64,000 nucleotides of DNA from Minisyncoccota bacterium (GTDB lineage Bacteria; Patescibacteriota; Minisyncoccia; Phycocordibacterales; UBA12088), in assembly GCA_041920275.1 (NCBI GenBank), contig JAYRSE010000001.1, forward strand, positions 2,004 through 66,003. The letters are read 5' to 3'. Below the pieces are notes generated by a model. That model was not told where the DNA came from and ran no database searches. It saw only the letters and a list, made by a program, of their open reading frames with translations. Each line of letters begins with the position of its first letter. Positions within the stretch are counted from its first letter, which is position 1. The position numbers and the translations under genes were made by a program. Positions 60,133 to 64,000 of the stretch are shown here, piece by piece.

Positions 60133-62907
60133 ATGTCCGACCAGATCGTTTTTTCCCACGAACGTGGCGACACGCGGTTCCATTCGCCCGAGGAAGAGAT
60201 CGCGTTCCTGCGTGCGCAAGTCGCCGAGAAGGAGCGCCAGCTTCTGGAAGCGGGACATCCCGCGGACAGAGAAGCACTGGCGCATGAAGAACTGATGCGC
60301 TACCGGGAACGTCCCGCACACGAAGTGCTGCACGAACAACATCGAATCGCAACCCATGAGGTGGAAGCGATCGCGCTCGGACTTCCGCCCGACAACGTCG
60401 ACGATGGCGTCATGTGGGAGCTTGTCGGCGTGGTTCGTGAGAGTGGTGTGCGCAATGCGCTCGCGGTCACCGAGCGCCTTGCCAATCCCCATGTCGAAGA
60501 CGATTTCCATAAGGTGCTCGTACAGTACATCGCGAACGGATACCCGATCGAAAAGTTACCGACGAACGGTCCGCTCTGGCAAGCGCTCCATATGGCGCTG
60601 TACGAGGTTACTTTGCCCGATCCGGCAAAGGACGAACGTGAGCGTCCCTTGAAGGAGATCGTGTCGGCTATGGAACAGTTCTACTACGGTATGCTGTCGG
60701 TCGCGGCGGATCGGTACGGTAAGGAAGACCGTTACTTTTCGCTCGAGGTGGCAGTGTCGGGTGACCGTGAGGATATCGTGTTCTATCTGGCGATCCCTCG
60801 TGACAAGGAGGACCTCTTCGAGAAGCAATTGCTCGCCGTCTTCCCGAAAGCGCGTGCGAGACATGTGCCTCAGGATTACAATGTCTTTTTGCATGACGGG
60901 GCCGTTGCGGTCGCGTCGGCTCGTTATGCGGCCGAATCGATCCTGCCGCTCAAAGACTATGAATCGTTCGATCATGATCCGCTCTCCGCATTCATCAATG
61001 CGCTTACGAAGATCGCACCGGTGGGAGAAGGTGCGGCCATACAGTACATCGTGAACCCCGTGGGAGACAAATATGACAAGCGGTATCGCAAGATACTTGA
61101 AAAATTGGAACGGGGTGTGAAGCTCAAGGATGCCATACGGGACACGCCGGAGGGTGTTGGAGGTGAAGTGCTGAAGACCTTGAGAGAGATCATCCGAACG
61201 GAAAAACAGGAAAAAGACAAAAAAGAAAAGGAACGAGAACCGGTCGATCAGCTACTGGTCGAGTCGGTCAAAAAGAAGATCGCGACCCCGGTGATGGCGA
61301 TCAATGTTCGTATCGTCGCAAGCGCGGCGAACGAGATGCGTGCGGAGAGTATTCTTGGGGATCTGATCGCAAGTTTCAATCAGTTCCAGAACACCACGGG
61401 AAATCGACTGGTGTTCGATCGGAAGTCGGGCGCGAAGGCGCTCATGCAAGAATCGAAGCGATTCATATTTCGTGAATTTGATTCCCGTGAGGCGATTCCC
61501 ATGTCACTCCGAGAACTCACCACGCTCATGCACTTTCCCACCCATGCGGTCTCACACACTCCGCAACTTAAACGGGTGCAGGCCGCGCTCGCGCCCGCTC
61601 CGCTCGACATGCCGACGGATGGCACCAAGATCGGGGTGAACACGTACCGCGGGAAGAGTACCGACATTTTTCTCACCGACGAAGATCGCCTGCGACATCT
61701 CTACATCATCGGACAGACCGGTACCGGAAAGTCCGGTTTCATTCGAACGCTCATTCGACAAGACATCGAACGTGGCGCCGGACTGTGCTTTATCGATCCG
61801 CACGGTACCGATGTGCAGGAGATACTTGAGGTGATCCCCGAGCACAGGATGCAGGACGTCATTTACTTCGATCCATCGGACACACAGCATGTGCTCGGCC
61901 TCAATATGCTCGAGTACGACCCGAAGAAACCGGAACAAAAGACATTCGTCATCAATGAGTTGTTCTCGATCTTCAAGAAACTGTACAGCAACTCTCCAGA
62001 GAGTATGGGGCCGGCATTCGAGCAGTATTTCAGAAACGCCACCGCACTTGTCATGGAAGATCCGGCCACGGGGAACACGATGCTCGACATATCGCGAGTA
62101 CTTGCGGATGCGCGATACCGTGAGGTCAAGCTCTCGCGGAGCAAGAACCCCGTTGTCAATCAATTCTGGCGTGAGATCGCGACCAAGGCGCAGGGCGAGG
62201 CGTCCCTTGCGAACATTGTGCCGTACATCACCAACAAGTTTGACATCTTTACTGCAAACGACATCATGCGCCCCATTATCGCACAGCAGACCTCGGCGTT
62301 CCGCATGCGTGAGCTCATGGATTCGCGCAAGATACTCCTGGTCAATCTTTCAAAAGGGTTGTTGGGAGATATCAATGCGAACCTGATCGGCATGATATTG
62401 GTCGGCAAGATACTGATGGCGGCGCTTTCACGGGTAGACTCCATCGGACTTGATCTCCCGCACTTCTACCTGTACATCGATGAGTTCCAAAACATTACCA
62501 CCGACTCCATCAGTGCGATCCTGTCGGAGGCGCGAAAATACAAACTTTCGCTCACCGTGGCGCACCAGTTCATTGCGCAGCTGGATGAGCGGATTCGGGA
62601 CGCGGTGTTCGGTAACGTGGGATCGATGGCGATCTTTCGTGTGGGATATGAGGATGCGGACTTCTTGGCAAAACAGCTCGCGCCGGTCTTTGAAACACAG
62701 GACATTATGAACATAGAGAACCAGCACGCCTATGTTCGTTTGCTTGCGCGCGGCGTGCCTCAAAAACCTTTTTCAATAAAGACGCTTTGGTTCGAGAAGG
62801 GAAGCTCGGATCGTGCGGAGCATATGAAGCGGGTCTCGCGGCATGCGTACGGTCGTGCTCGAGAGGACGTGGAACGTGAGATACAGATGCGGTACGGGAT
62901 CAGTTGA
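60133..62907 (+). CDS. Soluble TraD/VirD4-like AAA ATPase (AAA-like/DUF87 + TraG-D_C-type C-terminus) with ~480-aa N-terminal domain of unknown function
   Basis: Walker A GQTGTGKSGF, Walker B LYIDEF, C-terminal motif LTVAHQFIAQL. No TM segments. TATACT box 6 nt before the ATG. Confidence 0.8.
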   Translation: MSDQIVFSHERGDTRFHSPEEEIAFLRAQVAEKERQLLEAGHPADREALAHEELMRYRERPAHEVLHEQHRIATHEVEAIALGLPPDNVDDGVMWELVGVVRESGVRNALAVTERLANPHVEDDFHKVLVQYIANGYPIEKLPTNGPLWQALHMALYEVTLPDPAKDERERPLKEIVSAMEQFYYGMLSVAADRYGKEDRYFSLEVAVSGDREDIVFYLAIPRDKEDLFEKQLLAVFPKARARHVPQDYNVFLHDGAVAVASARYAAESILPLKDYESFDHDPLSAFINALTKIAPVGEGAAIQYIVNPVGDKYDKRYRKILEKLERGVKLKDAIRDTPEGVGGEVLKTLREIIRTEKQEKDKKEKEREPVDQLLVESVKKKIATPVMAINVRIVASAANEMRAESILGDLIASFNQFQNTTGNRLVFDRKSGAKALMQESKRFIFREFDSREAIPMSLRELTTLMHFPTHAVSHTPQLKRVQAALAPAPLDMPTDGTKIGVNTYRGKSTDIFLTDEDRLRHLYIIGQTGTGKSGFIRTLIRQDIERGAGLCFIDPHGTDVQEILEVIPEHRMQDVIYFDPSDTQHVLGLNMLEYDPKKPEQKTFVINELFSIFKKLYSNSPESMGPAFEQYFRNATALVMEDPATGNTMLDISRVLADARYREVKLSRSKNPVVNQFWREIATKAQGEASLANIVPYITNKFDIFTANDIMRPIIAQQTSAFRMRELMDSRKILLVNLSKGLLGDINANLIGMILVGKILMAALSRVDSIGLDLPHFYLYIDEFQNITTDSISAILSEARKYKLSLTVAHQFIAQLDERIRDAVFGNVGSMAIFRVGYEDADFLAKQLAPVFETQDIMNIENQHAYVRLLARGVPQKPFSIKTLWFEKGSSDRAEHMKRVSRHAYGRAREDVEREIQMRYGIS

Positions 62908-63067
62908 GCGATCGTGAGATGTCGTACCCACACGGTTCCTCCATGGTCCGAACCGTCTTTCTTGTTCATGAGAGGTGTTATGCATAACTCGCTTGATTTC
63001 CATCGTGCGCGAGTCGTACACTGGAGCATATGCACACGGTCATGACCTCGTTCGCACCGATCTCGTT

Positions 63068-64000
63068 ATGATAGGTGATCGATCAAAGCGATTGTTGCGC
63101 GTGTTCGGGCCATACCTGGGCATGTTGGTCGCCGCGGTCGGACTATCGTACGTGAGCACGACCATACCGTGGGTATCGGCATTGTTCCTGGGACCATCGG
63201 GCCATGAAGGATTCTTCGCCGAGGGTTTCTACCTCTCACTCGCGTTACTTTTTTCGGTCGGATACGGACTGAATTGGTTCGCTCCACGTACCGCGGTGCC
63301 GTCTTTCGTGTGGGCGATCGTATTTGGCATGGCGCTTCAGACCCCGCTCATTTCGCTCACCGCACATACGGAGAGTCTGCTCGTGGTGATAGAGCTCCTC
63401 GCAGCTTTCGTTCTGTTCGCCGGTGGTGTGGAGGTTCCCATTAAGAACTTCAAGAAATATTTCGCACCGATCGCCGCGCTCGCATGTTTCGGCACGATAC
63501 TCACGGTTCTGTTGTTCGCGTACGCTCTTTCGGGACTCACCACTCTGCTCGGGCTCGAGGTTCCGATCATGGCACTTCTGGTACTCTCGGCGATACTCGC
63601 ATCGATCGATCCCACGGCCATCATCCCCACATTGGACCGCATTCATTTCAAAAAGCCGTTCTTGCGCGATATTGCCGTTTCGGAGAGTGCGGTCAATGAT
63701 GTGGTGGGGACCATGGTGACCCGTTTCTTTTTAGTGGCGGCACTCGGTACGTCTGCGACGATCGCGAGCGTGCATGAGGGATTTTTTCCGATCTTCTCGA
63801 AGGAGGTGCTCGAGAGTTTTGCGCTCGAAGTGCTGTGGGGTACGCTCATCGGACTGCTCGGCGCGTGGATCCTGCGCACCTGGGGCGAATCCGTGCGCAC
63901 AATGCATTGGAGCGATCCCGCACTCTTCTTTGCGGTGCCGATATTTTGTTTCGCCCTGGGTTCGCTGGTCGGCGGCTCGGGTTTTCTTGCGGCGTTCGTT
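63068..64000 (+). CDS. Monovalent cation/H+ antiporter, CPA1 (NhaP-type), 3'-partial
   Basis: Open frame to window end. Polytopic membrane protein with SESAVNDVVG motif (cf. NhaP/NHE). Only appears in the ORF track (63423..63719) as a truncated 98-aa ORF with an internal start. Confidence 0.65.
   Translation, partial: MIGDRSKRLLRVFGPYLGMLVAAVGLSYVSTTIPWVSALFLGPSGHEGFFAEGFYLSLALLFSVGYGLNWFAPRTAVPSFVWAIVFGMALQTPLISLTAHTESLLVVIELLAAFVLFAGGVEVPIKNFKKYFAPIAALACFGTILTVLLFAYALSGLTTLLGLEVPIMALLVLSAILASIDPTAIIPTLDRIHFKKPFLRDIAVSESAVNDVVGTMVTRFFLVAALGTSATIASVHEGFFPIFSKEVLESFALEVLWGTLIGLLGAWILRTWGESVRTMHWSDPALFFAVPIFCFALGSLVGGSGFLAAFV

Noticed and set aside
1-64000. CRISPR arrays, rRNA genes, transposase or integrase genes
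   Set aside because: No short direct-repeat/spacer arrays and no rRNA-like conserved stretches were seen. No ORF with DDE or tyrosine/serine recombinase motifs was seen.

Overview
This is a 64 kb chromosomal segment of a moderately high-GC (~58-60%) bacterium, densely packed with genes.

The gene content points to a reduced genome, tentatively a Patescibacteria/CPR-like lineage, though no firm call is possible. The evidence is a complete V/A-type ATPase operon rather than an F-type one, frr running straight into rseP, rplU without rpmA, and a soluble TraD/VirD4-like ATPase sitting among cell-wall genes.

In order along the window:
- 1-6.4 kb: a partial DedA protein, a TspO-like membrane protein, a zinc-ribbon protein, CapA, a HIT protein and two lipoproteins.
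- 6.5-12.9 kb: a lower-GC ~6.3 kb island inserted at a tRNA-Ala(UGC) gene. It carries a Type III restriction-modification pair (mod, res), an alpha/beta hydrolase and a frameshifted ORF, and is bounded by direct repeats of the tRNA 3' end.
- 13-19 kb: a serine hydrolase, an MliC/META protein, YibE/F, mscL, a membrane cytochrome-b5 next to a NOX-like ferric-reductase flavoprotein, and rlmN.
- 19.8-27 kb: an ECF sigma factor with an overlapping anti-sigma-like gene, then a CsoR-family repressor with a near-perfect CsoR-type operator palindrome upstream of a leaderless HlyD/RND efflux pair.
- 27.1-35.8 kb: V-type ATPase genes atpH/G-I-K-E-C-F-A-B-D. The K subunit carries Na+-binding-type residues.
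- 35.8-48.4 kb: a CaCA exchanger, a P-type Ca2+-type ATPase, yqeY, rmuC, rplU, glmS and htrA.
- 48.5-64 kb: recR, dnaB, holB, frr, rseP, fmt-def, priA, murA, mreB, a ~925 aa TraD/VirD4-like AAA ATPase, and a partial NhaP-type antiporter.

The most unusual signal is a three-copy structured intergenic repeat. Its 27-nt loop is invariant while the enclosing stems covary between copies. Two copies bracket a DUF2892 mini-gene like a cassette.

Several genes have TATACT/TATGAT -10 boxes 6-9 nt before the ATG, suggesting leaderless transcripts. No CRISPR array or rRNA is present.
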